64,000 bases of DNA, taken from the NCBI GenBank assembly GCA_053919585.1, contig CM132827.1; one strand, 5' to 3'. Positions 41,985 to 54,867 of the stretch are shown one piece after another; position 1 is the first letter of the stretch, and the number at the start of each line of letters is the position of its first letter. The notes beneath the pieces were generated by a model, which saw only the letters and a list, made by a program, of their open reading frames with translations, did not search any database and was not told the origin of the DNA. Both the position numbers and the translations under genes were made by a program. This stretch comes from Euprymna scolopes. Its lineage: Eukaryota.

Positions 41985-42390
41985 ATTACTCTCTTTTGTG
42001 CGTTCACTGGAGATATGAATTTGGCCGTAGCCTTCTTAATATATCTTACGTCATCGGTGAGGTTCTAACAAGCAAGATCTATCAAACAGTCATGCTGTCG
42101 ATAATGAATCAAATATTTTTACAAAAATCATTAGAAAACTTGCATTAAAAAAAGAAAAATAAGGAACACGATGATTTGTACTGAAACGCATTCAATATTA
42201 ATTTTTAAACATTCAAAAGGGAAAAGGTGTTAGGTTTATGCGTTAAATATAATATAATCAAAGATTTCGTTATTTTAATTTTAATTTAATTTTAAAGACT
42301 AACATTTATTATTTACTTTTAATTTACATAAAAAAAAGCAAAGAAACAAACACGATTCAATTCATGGTAAATCTTTATCCAATATAAAAT

Positions 42391-42461
42391 GTAAAATTAC
42401 GTATATTTGAAGCAGAAGACACTCATTGATTGTCTTCTGCTTCAAATATACGTAATTTTAC
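42391..42461. repeat. Perfect 31-bp inverted repeat with 9-nt loop
   Basis: GTAAAATTACGTATATTTGAAGCAGAAGACA-ctcattgat-TGTCTTCTGCTTCAAATATACGTAATTTTAC, no mismatches. Confidence 0.95.
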
Positions 42462-43610
42462 GAAATTGTCACAATCAAATGTTGCAAAATATGAATTTAG
42501 CTAATAAATAAATATTAAACAATCAACTTAAACTCAAGCAATAAATATTTTTGGATCAAGTAAAGAATAGATACCCTGTGGCAGAAGACGACGTCTAGCG
42601 ACGAAAAAGAAAAAAAAGAAAAAGAACAATGCTAGCTCCTTGATGACGTCACGAGTCCCAGCGCGAAATTTGACCTCTTTGGAATTCCGGCGGCATGGAG
42701 AGTGGTTGTAGATTCATTGCCCGGCACAGAAGTGGAATATCCTGAGACCTCCTTCAAAGAAGAATGCCCGGCAACAGAATACCCCGGACGTGTTGAAAGC
42801 AAACTTCTGAAGACTTTATTTTACATGGCTACGGTTTGCACATAAATGGAAGGAGAGAAATTTTTAAAGGACTTTAAAATGAGAAAAAAAGAAAAAGGTA
42901 CATGCCCGATGCTTTCAATTTGTGAGTCCGTTCCTAAAGTTTATTGCTTATGAGAGAGAGATTCGGAACTACTAGTTGAATTATATTGTATTCGTTCATG
43001 GATGCGACATTTTCAATATAAGAACCAGCGTTATTTTTTTCATTATATATTGTTACCTTGGCGTTCTTTGTTCTTTGAATTTAATGCCCGCAAAGGGAAA
43101 CTTTTGCAACTAATTTTATTGTAAATAAAATCTCTTCTTCATTTTAAAACAAGACCTTTATATTTTGTTCTTCACCCCCCCCTTTTATTTCATGCTTTTA
43201 TTTTTTTGCAGGCTAGTTCTTTTGCGTCAAATTTATCTGAAAGAGGATAAATTTCCAACACTTTGCAAAATTGTTTTCCCTTATTTAGAAGCATTTTGTA
43301 AGTTTACTGCTTTTATTTGTAGGGATTTTGTAAGTTTTCTTCCACTATTTAAAGGTATTTAGCAAATTCATGTCCCTTATTTCAGAATACTTTTCAAATT
43401 AAGTATATCCTTCCTAGGTCGAGACCCGTTTTATTCTCATTCTGTCAATGCGTTATTTAGCTAGGGTTAAATACACTCCTATCACTAGCCCACTTGTTGA
43501 CTCTTTCTGTTACCTTCTTGTACCCCACGCCTGTATTTAGAGCTGGTCCGTATAGATATTTTAACTACTAAATTCCTTTCCCACTTAAGTTGTAACTTGG
43601 TGTGTCTCTT

Positions 43611-43934
43611 TAAGTTTTTGACGAATTTGAAAACGAAAATAACGTTTAAAATTCCAGCAAACGAGTAGTTTCCAATATATGAAGACATGTTAGTTTAAAG
43701 AAAGTGGGGGATCACTTTTCTATAATAATTTAACGGATAATGATCACCCACTTTATGGCCACCACTAGTGTAAAACTTGAATTTACGCTGCTGAAATACA
43801 CATTTGCCGAATTTTTATTGGAGGAGCGTCAACGTGTGGGGGCTCAATTTACGTAAAATTATTCATATATTGGAAACTACTCGTTTGCTGGAATTTTAAA
43901 TGTTATTTTCGTTTTCAAATTCCTCAAAAAATTA
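43611..43934. mobile_element. MITE-like element with about 70-bp inverted repeats
   Basis: 43611-43683 (...GAATTTGAAAACGAAAATAACGTTTAAAATTCCAGCAAACGAGTAGTTTCCAATATATGAA) pairs with 43862-43934. Internal hairpin GTGGGGGATCA...TGATCACCCAC. Outer limits and TSD are uncertain. Confidence 0.7.
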
Positions 43935-45035
43935 TAAATATCTTAATTTTCCAAGTTTTTTTTTTCTATAGTGTGGAAAGTCGATTATCTGCCCCTTGCC
44001 GATCTTATATTCCAAACACTCCCAATAGGTGTCGCTAGCAGTGTCAAAAACAAAATGGCGTTAAGTTTTTCTTCGATAAAATCTCTCATAATATTTGATT
44101 TTCTTAAATTAAAAAAAAAACTACTTGACCGATTTACGTGATTTTTGAAATATGGCATTTTCATGCAGTGATATTATGTACATTATAAAGATTTTTTTCA
44201 GATTTTTATAGTAAAAAAGATTACTTGTGGACCATTTATAGACTTGCACCAAAATATCTGCTGCCACATTAATTAAATTAATTGTTAAAACTAGCGGAAG
44301 TATACAATGCATTGTGGGTGATAACGATTATTCCGCTGTCCGCCATGACACCTTTGTCATAATCCTAACATCTAGAATACTACAGTTAGCAAACCGAAAG
44401 TATTAAGAAATCCTTAAAAAGAAATTTCATCGTATAATATTTTGTTTTCCTATAAAAGTAATTCAACCATAAAATTACGCCATAAAAATGTAAGTATGAT
44501 TTGCAAATCATTCTGTCAACGCATTGTTTTCACGGCATTATTTTTATTCCAGTCAATTTTGTTTCGTATATTTTCAATTTAACACAAAATAAATAATTGA
44601 TTAGAATTGCTTTGTCTTTACATTATTACAATTTCTTTTTATGCGGACAAAATTATCGTTTTATTTTGCTGCACTTTTAAAACCCAACATGTATCAGGAA
44701 AATTCGGACGATAATCATTTTTTTAGTTCATAATTTAATATTATTTCGGAAGAATCACAGGTCCTTATTATATCCTTATGACATTCAGATGTTATTGATT
44801 CGATTATTTTCCGGTATTGATTTTCATTTTATACGAAAATTATTCTTACTTACGACCTAAACTTTTCTGAACATTTTTTAAAATGTTTATATTATTGTTT
44901 GTTTGCTTTTAACCCCCCAAAAGGGATAAAAGGCTGAAAAGGTTTTATCAGGGAAACTGGAAAGGTACTTTTTTAAAATTTAATATTTAAGATTTTTGGA
45001 AATTAACAAGCCGAAAAGCAATTATTGCTTTTTGT

Positions 45036-45179
45036 NNNNNNNNNNNNNNNNNNNNNNNNNNNNNNNNNNNNNNNNNNNNNNNNNNNNNNNNNNNNNNNNN
45101 NNNNNNNNNNNNNNNNNNNNNNNNNNNNNNNNNNNNNNNNNNNNNNNNNNNNNNNNNNNNNNNNNNNNNNNNNNNNNNN
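45036..45179. other. Assembly gap (144 N)
   Basis: Run of N next to an ATT microsatellite. Confidence 0.99.
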
Positions 45180-45308
45180 TTTTATTGTTATTGTTATTAT
45201 TAATTATTTTTATTATTAATTATTATTATTATTTTTATTATTATTATTATTAATTATTATTATTTTTATTTTTATTATTTTTATTATTATTTCTATTTTT
45301 ATTATTAA
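45180..45308. repeat. Imperfect (ATT)n microsatellite
   Basis: TTATTATTATT... with interruptions. Confidence 0.92.
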
Positions 45309-45639
45309 GTTTCGGTTTCGGCTGATCGTTTTGCTTTCCAAGTCCCTTCTTCTGTGAAGAAAAGGATTAATGATTGCTCGAGAAGAGAAGGATCGGCGTG
45401 CACTTACCTTGAAACTAACCAAGAATTCTTGTTGTTGTCCACCCTTTTAAATTTTTTTTTTGTGCTCCGGACCACATGATAGTTAATCATCTGATCCTCC
45501 CATTATATAAGAGGGGAGATTCCCTTGTCTTTTTGCTTTTCTCTTTCTTTCACCACAAGTTGATTCAGTTGCCAGCGGTTGAACGAAAATCTATTTCACT
45601 TCTGCCTGGTGAGATACTACAAGACAGTTACGTCGCAGA

Positions 45640-48600
45640 AGGGGAAATTCTTTCGCAATCTAAGGTAAGTGCATTGCTCCCTTCTCGATCTGAGTGGTCA
45701 TTGATTATTTTCTGGAAATTAATTTTTTCACATATTTGCGAAAGAAACCCATACTAACATGGATGTTAGTCAACCATATTAAAGGAAAAGAAACAATTCT
45801 GGAGATTGCCAATCTGGAGGATGGACTCTCTGTTAAATCATTCTCTGCCCTGCAGAAATCGGTGGAGGAATATTTGACTGAAGTAGACGTACATGTCAGT
45901 AAAATCTAACTTCAATCTTCTGAGGATTCAAATTGAGAAAGAGTTTCTTGCACACACCCTGAGATTCCGAAGAGAATTAGAGCCTCTCGAGTTCAAGCTC
46001 CCAGCGGCCGTGGACTCCCTGAGTCTTCCTCCATGTTCCGCAGAACTTGGAAGACTTAAGTCCTCATTTACTGTAAAACCACCTCAAATTCAGATCATGG
46101 TACCCACCTTTGATGGATTGGAGATGCAATCTAACCCTATGAGCTTCAAAGATTTTTTGTCACGTTTTGAAAATTGTGTAGCTGGCATGGCCAATGATGC
46201 CGAAAGGCTGAATTTTTTTAAGTGTTCACTGTCTGGTCAACCCCTGTTGTTGATTAATCATCTTTCTATCAGTAACAGAAATTATAAGGTGGCTCTTTCA
46301 TTCCTGATGAGCGAGTACCTCGATGAAGATGAAATCATACATAACATTTTCCAGGACATATTGGACTTCTCCTGTAAACAGGACAGATCCTTTACTGCCT
46401 TGGCTAACTACATATCTAAAGTAGCTTCCCTAGGCTGAGTTGGAGTGCTCCTTCAACTGTTCATTTTTAAATAAGCGTTCTTCTGGGGTTCGGCTTATGG
46501 CCAAGATTCTCTTTGCAAAATTCCCCAAGGAGGTCAAGGGAGAGCTGATCCTAATTTCTGGTAGGAGAATCCCCACCTTGTCATCAATTCTGAGAGATAC
46601 TAAGGAAGCTGTTAAACATCTCCTTATTAAGGGGGGTAAGATCCCTTGCACAGCCTGTAACACTATGAAGGGTTCCTTAGGGAATGTACCTTCAGGGCCA
46701 AGATCTGGTACCTCATGGAGGGATTCCTCTCTTCAGTCCAACTCCGCCTATAGCATTCATGGTGGAAAATTCTCTAGCCTTCCCTCTGTTTTGTGTGTTA
46801 CCTTTGGTAGAGATGACAAAAGTGTTTCTGTCAACTGTTTATTAGACACTGGCAGTGGGCAGACTTATTTGTCCAATAAGGTTTTGGACCGCCTCGGCCG
46901 CTTGGAATCCATTGGACATGATTGTGAAATCAGGCTGACTACCATCCTTGGAGATTGTGACAGGCGTTTAAAGAGGTAGCATTGGAGGCTCGCATTGGAT
47001 CCTGTTGTTCATTTTTCCTGACTGTTGGTACACAAAAACATAGATATTTCAGTAGACATCGAGAATCTGGATTTTATTTTCGATGAATTTCAATGCCTCA
47101 AATGTCCCTTAGATGCCAGATTTGACAGAGGTACAAATTCATGAAACAATTGGGCTGGATGTTATTCAGCATTTAGGAAGCCTCCAACTGGTTCCTTGTT
47201 TGCACAGACAGGCATTTTCGACCCCAATACGACTCATTCCCTTTGGTGAGGTGAAGCACTTGCTGCACACTGACCATTCTGTGGACAGGAACTTAGAATG
47301 CTTTTCCTTCGATTCTTTACTTGCATCGACTGCTGAAGTCAACCCATCTAACCTATATTTCGTGCTGGAGTCTCAGGGCACTTCTGAGGATCCTCTAAGT
47401 AATTTTTTCCCTGAAAGTGATGTACAAAGGGGTTTGGAGAAAATGTTGAGTGTGGAGTCACTGAGCATTGAAGAACAGGAACTTTCCAATTATGACAAAC
47501 AGAAGATTGCTCTCTTCCGACAATCTATTTCAGCAAGTATTATGTTCAGTTGCCATGGAAGGACGATAAGATCTCTCATGTACCTTCCAACCATGCAGTA
47601 GCTCTTCACATATTGGAACGTGTTGTGCAAGGATTGGAGAAGAGGCAACTTTATCATGACTCTTTCCAGGTTTTCCATCAGCAGGAATGGAATGAAATAA
47701 TAGAGGATATTTTCGTGCCTCCTCAACAGTTGGAGAGTTCCTCTGGATTCTGCCGTGGCTACCGAGTGTAAGAAGAAGGCCGATGCACATGATAGCATTA
47801 TGTTACTTCCTAATTAAGTTGTAGGTATAGTTAGCTTCCGGTATTCAACCACGTGGTCAGGCTAACAGGCATAAAAAAATATGGCTACCAATATGTGTTA
47901 CCGATTGTCCATGTATGTTCTAAAGAGAAAGAACAATTCTCCATACAGATAATAATTATTATAATTGCACATTTTGGATAATTTTAATCAAAATATCGTA
48001 AGTAAATTTATGTTTGAACTTTTATTTTTATTGGAAAAAGTTAAATATTTCATTTTATTTTATTTTTTTTACTGCAAAACAAACAATTTTTATAATATTT
48101 TTCAGTCTGTTCTTTTAATAATAAATAAAACTTTTCACTGATTATTTTCAAATATTTTAAAATTAGCCTTTTTCATAGCATTTTTTTTTACAATCAGTAA
48201 ATTTTCAATATTTTAGCACCAGGCGTAATTCATTTCTTTGAAATATATTTAAAACTTCCAGTTTTTGTTTTTATAACATTTTAACGGTAAATAATTTACA
48301 TGACGAGTTTGTTTTACTATACACATAGATTCGAAAAAGTTGTCAAACAACAAATATATAACAAATAAATGTTATCAAAGGCAAGATAAGTTACTTTTCT
48401 ACCAAACATGCCAATATTTTTCTTTTTAAAATACATCGATAAACATTGTATGATTTTTGAAGTGATTACACATTTTACCGTGAGTAAAACCACTAAAAGT
48501 CTTTCCAGTTTTTTTTTCTAAGGGAGGGAGGTCAACACGATTATTTTTTGGGTATGCCTCCAGTCCATTTATATTGAATTATGTCCTTAGATACCATGCG

Positions 48601-50190
48601 GCTCAGTTTCCCAGGGATAATTGTAGAGAATTGGTTCTACGTGCATAATCTGGTTATGTTGCATGATTATCCTGATGAACTGTGCCGATTATACACTCTC
48701 ACCTGGGAATGATTGCTTCAGGGAGGATTTGAACTGCAGTCCTGTAATTCTGACCATGTGGAGACTCAAAACAAAATGCAGAAGCATGGTTCCCTGAGTG
48801 ACCATGGCAATAAATGGGAGAAGCTGCTCGGATATAGATACTGTTCTCTCTCAGACACTCTTTGTGTAGCTGCTGTTGAGTGCAACTCTAGTGCCTTTAC
48901 AAAGAGACGGATCCTCAGCGAGACAGCTAGAATCTATGACCTGTTATCATTGTACCTACCTGTTTCGTTACAGGGCCGTAATTCTGTTGAGTGAACTTTG
49001 GAAGAAAAGATTTGGATGAAATGCAACAGTCCCACCAGAATGCTTGTCTTTATGGAGGAAGATTTTCCTTGATCTCTCTGAGCTGGAGACTGTTTCCTTC
49101 CCCAGAAGAGCATTAAGCGTTAATGAAGCTGGCAAACTTTTTCTTTTCTGCGATGCATCTCCAGAGGCATATGGCTTCACAGCATATGTAGTGCAAAATT
49201 GCCAATCTGGTCTGGTGTTTGCAAAAGCTAGGATGGCTCCCTTGAAAAAGAAAAATGTACCCACCTTAGAACTTATGGCCATGTTTTTGGCTCTCCGGTG
49301 TCTGCCTACTTTGTTGAGGAATTTTGGAGGATTCTCTCCTGCGATTCATGTGACTACAGATTCGCAGGTGGTCCTCTCTTGGCTGATTTTCAGAACAATT
49401 ATAAGCAGAAAACTCTTTGCCCAGAATAGACTGAAGGACATCTAACAGCTGTGCCGAGTTGAAAGCCACACTCGGTTTCTCGTCCTCTTTTCGGTATGTC
49501 CCAATGGCAGAGAATCCTGCTGATTTGATCACTAGGGGGTTAACTTTGAAAAGGATCAAGGCTTGCCTTCATTTCTGTGTTCTGGTCCGGATTGGATAAG
49601 TAGCAGGATCAGTCCATGGGCTGTACGACAGTTGCCATGCTTCAGCCAGCGCAGCCAAGTGATGGCCCGTTCTTCTTGGAATGCTGCCATCCTACGGAGA
49701 GAAGAATCACCTACAGTTCTTCCACTCCAAAGATTTTTTTCCTTCACCTAGCTATTGAGGGTAACTTCCTTGGTCCTCAAGTTCATCCTTCGGCTGCATA
49801 GATTAGAAGTTGACGCGGAAAGGCTTGCAACCATTCTGCTGATGAAAACGATGCAGCATCAGGCATATGTTGAGCATTCCTGTTGAATTCCTCAGGTAAG
49901 ATATTTCTGGGTTTAGTGTATGACCTCGACCTATTTTTTAATGGTGAGAGTCTTATCAGGTCAGGTGGGATGGTAGTTAAGCACCCTGTTCTGTTAGCAA
50001 AATATCACCCATTAACTCGGCTTATAATAATCAATGCACATACAAGGCGTCAACACTTGGAGATTGCGTCCACTCTCGCAGAGTAAAGACGGCGTGGTTA
50101 CTGGGTGTGCAAGTGTAGGCAAGCGGTGAAAACAGTCCTGGCTTTATGTGCACTGTGCCGTAAGTACAATGCCAGACAGGTATTGCCCCC
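45640..50190 (+). mobile_element. Degenerate BEL/Pao LTR retrotransposon internal region (gag-protease-pol), 3' truncated, no LTR identified
   Basis: Gag DUF1759-like PTFDG...FLSRFENCV...ERLNFFKCSLSG...LINHLSISNRNYKVAL; protease VNCLLDTGSGQTY; PWKDD...PSNHAVAL; decayed RT motif FYVHNL (YVDN) near 48640; GGFELQS, KLLGY, TKRRILSETARIYD; Pao RNase H LFCDASPEAYG...AKARMAP...VPTLELMAM...TDSQVVLSWL; YVPMAENPADLITRG; GPDWI; integrase zinc-binding region LTRLIIINAH...CALCRKYNA. Confidence 0.92.
47790..48620. mobile_element. AT-rich insertion replacing most of the BEL RT, containing a deleted copy of the 41383-41984 MITE (about 48306-48510)
   Basis: BEL coding signal stops near 47790 and resumes near 48620. 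GTTTGTTTTACTATACACATAGATTCGAAAAAGTTG...TGTTATCAAAGGCAAGATAAGTTACTTTTCT matches the MITE TIR. Confidence 0.75.
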
Positions 50191-51079
50191 CCCCTTTTAG
50201 TGAAAAGGGGGAGGAGACTGATGGCGTGATAGTTGAGCGAGTCCATTTCTTTGCCAAAATTCTTGAATACTGGTACCACAGAGATAATATTCCAGCAAGC
50301 AAGGAAGCCAGTATCGGCAAGGCATTTGTTAAATTAATATAACAGAGATAAAATCGGACACACACACTTTAGAGATGTCTAATTTTTTCTATGATTTCAT
50401 CGACCTAATAGAGGGAGATTTTCAGATTTACAAATGTGGATTCTGTCCTCTAAGGGAAATTTGTGGGTGGGTGGTTTGTTTGGTTAAGGTTGGAGTAGAA
50501 AACAAACTGCTGAGCAAGCAGGCCAGCCTTCTTGGTTGCTGTGCAAGTGACTTCATGGTTGTTTTTTTGTGGGACTGTTGATTGACCACCAAACTATTAT
50601 AAATTTTCCAGAATTCAAGAGTTTCTGCAACTCAGTACATTTACTTGGTCATTTTGTTATGCCTTCTCCATGTTTATTTTACTCTTACAATGACCCGTAT
50701 AGCATGTATATATTTTTTTGCTTATTTGTACTTGATATGGATCAGGAGAATGAATGCTGCCTTTGTTTAATGGCAGCTGCACAAGTTAACGTGAATGATT
50801 GTTACTTTCATGTTTTGCTTCAATGTTTGTTTTGCACCATTCAAGTGTTTCATTTGCACACTGATCAGCAGGAAGAGAAAAAATGCACAATGTGGTCAAC
50901 GTTACTGAGTAGATGATGGACATTTGTCACAATTCCTGGATACTGCGGTTAGGAATAGGTTCAGATATAAGGTCTAAGTGAATGAATTATAAAGAAACTA
51001 TGAGTGCAGCAACTGTGATCTTGAGTAGCCAAATCAATTACGGTGGTAAATATACATGTATTTGAGCATTATTATCTAA

Positions 51080-52260
51080 AGAGCTGACAACCTGGCACAT
51101 CCCAAATGCATGCCACCACCAGAAAGACTACATCCTAGTGAAACGATGCTTACACGCAGTCAACATTACTAAGACACGCAGCTTCCATGGAGTGGACATC
51201 AATAGTGACCATGAGCTCATCATGATGTCCTTCCCCCGACACCTTAAGAAGATGAAGAAGAAACAGGACCATGCCAGAATTAAGTTTGATCTGAAGAAAT
51301 TTAAAGACCTAGATGTGGCACAAGTCTCTAAGGCCAAGATTGGAGGGAAATTTGCCTCACTCTTGCTACTTGATGCTGACGGCCATTTAACACTGCAATG
51401 ACTGAGATAGACAATGAAGTTCTTAGCAAGAAGTGGACTACCAAGAACCTTTGAGTCACACTAGACTTACTCAAGCTGTGTGATGAAGAGACCTCAAGCA
51501 GATGAAGCATAAAAGTGATGAGGAGCGGACAAGCAGGTGAAGATGAGCAGTGAAGGAAGACTTGATCACTGATCTGTGCAATGACATGGAATGGAACCCT
51601 GATGCAAACAATACCAAGAAGAGCTACCAAGTAGTGCGGGATCTCACCAGTAGCAAGCAAGGACAGCCTAGCATCATTCTTGACAAAAGCGAGAAGTGTC
51701 TAACCATGTTCAAAGACATCTTGAACAGGCTGTCAGAGTACACCGCAGATCTATACTATTACCATGCAACAGAAGACACAGTGAAGCTCACGACTCCTCT
51801 GACAACAAACACAGACAATTTCACCATCCTCATAGAAAAAGTGGAGGAAGCAGTGAAGTCCCTGAAGAAATAAAAAATCACAGACATTAATAACATTCCA
51901 AGAGAACTAGGACATACAGGGGGTGAGGCAATGATTGTTGCTCTACATGAAATCTGCCACAAGGTCTGGAGACAGGGGACATAATGGACCCAGTCTTTAA
52001 TGATCACTCTAAGAAAGGCAACCTACACCATCAGCCTGATATGCCATCCTAGTAAAGAGATCCTCGGGATCATATTGAATAGGTTAAGACCCCAGACTGA
52101 AGCAATTATAGCTGAAGAGTAGGCAGGATTCAATGATCACACGCAGCACAATGATCAGGATTCTATGTGAGAGATACCTTCAACATAAATAAGAACTCAT
52201 ATTCGTGAGGCATCTGACTAAGTGTTGTATGTGGCACTCTGGGAAACCATGTACTTTGAA
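51080..52260 (+). mobile_element. Degenerate RTE-clade LINE fragment (APE endonuclease end plus RT start)
   Basis: TWHIPN...KDYILV...TRSFHGVDINSDHELIMM (APE DY/SDH motifs); EKVEEAVKSLKK...DINNIPREL, LHEICHKVW...WTQSLMITL, TISLICHPSKEILGIILNRL...IIAEE*AGF (RTE RT domains 0-2). Confidence 0.88.
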
Positions 52261-53247
52261 CCTACAAACCATGTCATGCAAAAAAACAAAACAAAATAAA
52301 ATACATACATTTTCAAGTCTTATAAAATTCTTTGCAGTTAAGGAAAAAATAGTTGAGAAATTTACATGTGGAGACCACATCATGTAAAAAAAAACACGCT
52401 TTAAACTTACAGTAGAATTTTCACAGCCGGTTGTTCTATCACTGTTGCTAAGTTTTATGGATTGCCATAAAACTTCAGGAGGAGGGAATGGAGATAACCC
52501 ATGTTCCAGTCCTTTTTCTTGAGTGATTCTCTGCTGCATTGGAGGTGCATATACCCTTCGATGCATTTCAACTTTTAATCGAACCGTAGGTATTCATCCT
52601 TTTATTTGACCTGAAAGTCATTGTAACAATCTCCTTTTCCTATCATCACGCATGGATGGAGTAGGCATCTTACTTTGAGTGCATTAATGGCGGGGGGGGG
52701 GGGGGTTGCTCCAGATGATGTTAGAACATCTTATTAAAAAACAGCGTTTGTTTTTTCCCCTTGTTCCCTTGATTTGATTGATACCAGACCTTTTTTCTGT
52801 TCCTTCCTCCTTTGCTTGGAAAAAAGAGAAAGAAAGGTGGTTTTTGCTGATGATTTGCCACAATTTTGTAGCAAATCGAGTGTGAATCGACCTTAACTAC
52901 CAAATATTTTTGTTTAATGTGGATGGAGGTTCTGCAATTTGTGTTGATTTCTTAAGTTTATTTTTCTTTTCTTTCTTCTTTCATAATTTTTTGTTGATTT
53001 TATTTAAAACCTGAATCATTACAATTACAATATATTGTGTCGTTCAATGTTTTCTTAAAAGAGATATTTATTCATCAGTTTCTTAACACGGCCGAAATAT
53101 AATTAATCTGACATAAAATAATGTTTCTTGCTTTATTCAAATTTTAATTAGACAAATATTGAAAAGTGTCCCTTTTTTCAATACAATTAGAATAGATTAT
53201 CTACCTTTGATGTATTTTTTCACAAAATTAGTGGTCCTGGAAATGAC

Positions 53248-53500
53248 CTTAAACTATATCTGATGATGAGATCCCAGCTTGCGGGCTTTGAGAAGTGTGG
53301 ATCCGCCCCTTAATTGCTATTGCTCCCAGGTCCACTCTGACCCAGAGTAGTCGTACCTGTTAGGGTCCCAACTATGGGTTAAATAGAAACTGACTTGAAA
53401 AAAAAAATATATTCTATAAAAAACTTTTTCTTCAAAATCACTGGATGTGACATTAAATGAGCTAAAAAGGGTTGACATGCTGTAAAATAAAAACACCACA
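53248..53500 (+). mobile_element. Dispersed SINE-like repeat, copy 1
   Basis: Colinear with 63775-64000 (CTTAAACTATATC, GTACCTGTTAGG, CTATGGGTTAAATAGAAAC, CATTAAATGA, AAGGGTTGA..TGC.GTAAAA) and ends in an A/C-rich tail. Confidence 0.75.
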
Positions 53501-54439
53501 AAATTTGGTTGATGTAAAATATTGTCCAGAGTTTTTAAAAAGAATTGGATTAGATATTACTGTAAAATTTGATGGTATTTCATTCTTTAGATTGTCATAA
53601 CATCTTATTTTTTACTGTGTATTGCTTACATTCTTAACATGTAAACCTCTATAAAACATGTTTAGTGTTTCTGATAAGGTATATAAGAAAGATAATTAGG
53701 AAAATTACAGTTTGTGGAGTTCTATTATAGAAATAAAGCAATAAACATATATGACACACATTTTGTTTCTTAATTTCTGTGATCAGTTACTTTGTCATGT
53801 TGATGGAATGTTGATATCAAAATTAATTGGATGCTTTTGGTTTTTATCCTTTTCATTGTTGTACATTGCAACTTTTTTAACATCTGACATTCATTTTTTT
53901 CATAGTTTATAACTTTCCTGTGTTACTGATCTGTACGCATTCATTCAATAATAATTTAATGATATAACATAAAGAAATATGATTGTTTAGGATAAGTAGT
54001 GTTTTTATGAGGTAAATATTCCAAAATTTTTACTTTATCGATGCGAAAAGAAACTGAGTTCATTCCTAAACCACATTTTAATCATATCGAATATAAACTT
54101 GATATTTTCTTTATAAATATACAATTAAGTTATTTTATAGCAAAAATATAAAGTTCAAATTATTTAAATATTTATGTAAATAAAGCATAAATTAAAGATT
54201 TTCTATCATAAAATAAAATTTTGAATTACTTTTTAGTATAAAAATAATAAAACTCCTTGAAATTGAACAATTCATTAATGATCCACATTTAACATAACCA
54301 TATCAAAGATAAATGATGTAAATGTTTCTTAATAAATATAGATACAAAAATTTATTTTAACAAAATATAATGTTCAAATTATAATATTTACGTGAATAAA
54401 ACATTACGGTTTTTGATCATCAAGTAAACATTTGCATGC

Positions 54440-54690
54440 ATACAGTTGCCAGCCTGTTTTTATAGTATCGGCAACAATGGCTCTTCAAATTGTAGAGCCA
54501 ACCTAATCTCACAAAGACAGCTGTTTCTGATTGCTTACCGGCTTGTATAGTGTATTTTCTCCATGAGTTAAACACACCCCAGATACCAACCTGGAAATTT
54601 CTACAACTCGACCCACTATTTACAGCAGTTAGCCTTCACAAATAGTCAGGCTCATCATCGCTTAACTTCGGTTATTTGATTGTGACGTGT
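54440..54690 (-). mobile_element. Degenerate 5S-rRNA-derived SINE-like element
   Basis: 54621-54690 (TAGCCTTCACAAATAGTCAGGCTCATCATCGCTTAACTTCGGT) matches 56019-56080 and the antisense of 5S rRNA (GCTTAACTTCGGT). Boundaries approximate. Confidence 0.5.
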
Positions 54691-54867
54691 TCATTTTCCC
54701 ATAAAACATAAATATTTTCTCTATATTTGATATGTGAGTTATCTTTTAGTAAAACCATAAAATTCCTTGAAATTGTGTTAATCTTTTATTTATTTACAGA
54801 TATAATATTTTGGCTGACAGAACAGAAACCTTTTTCCTGTAAACGGTTTTGATCTTCATGTTTCAAA

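Noticed and set aside
42391-42400. GTAAAATTAC shared between the perfect hairpin and the satellite monomer
   Set aside because: Only 10 AT-rich bases match and similarity does not extend.
44996-45422. ORFs spanning the N gap and ATT repeat
   Set aside because: Composed of X residues and low-complexity microsatellite translation.
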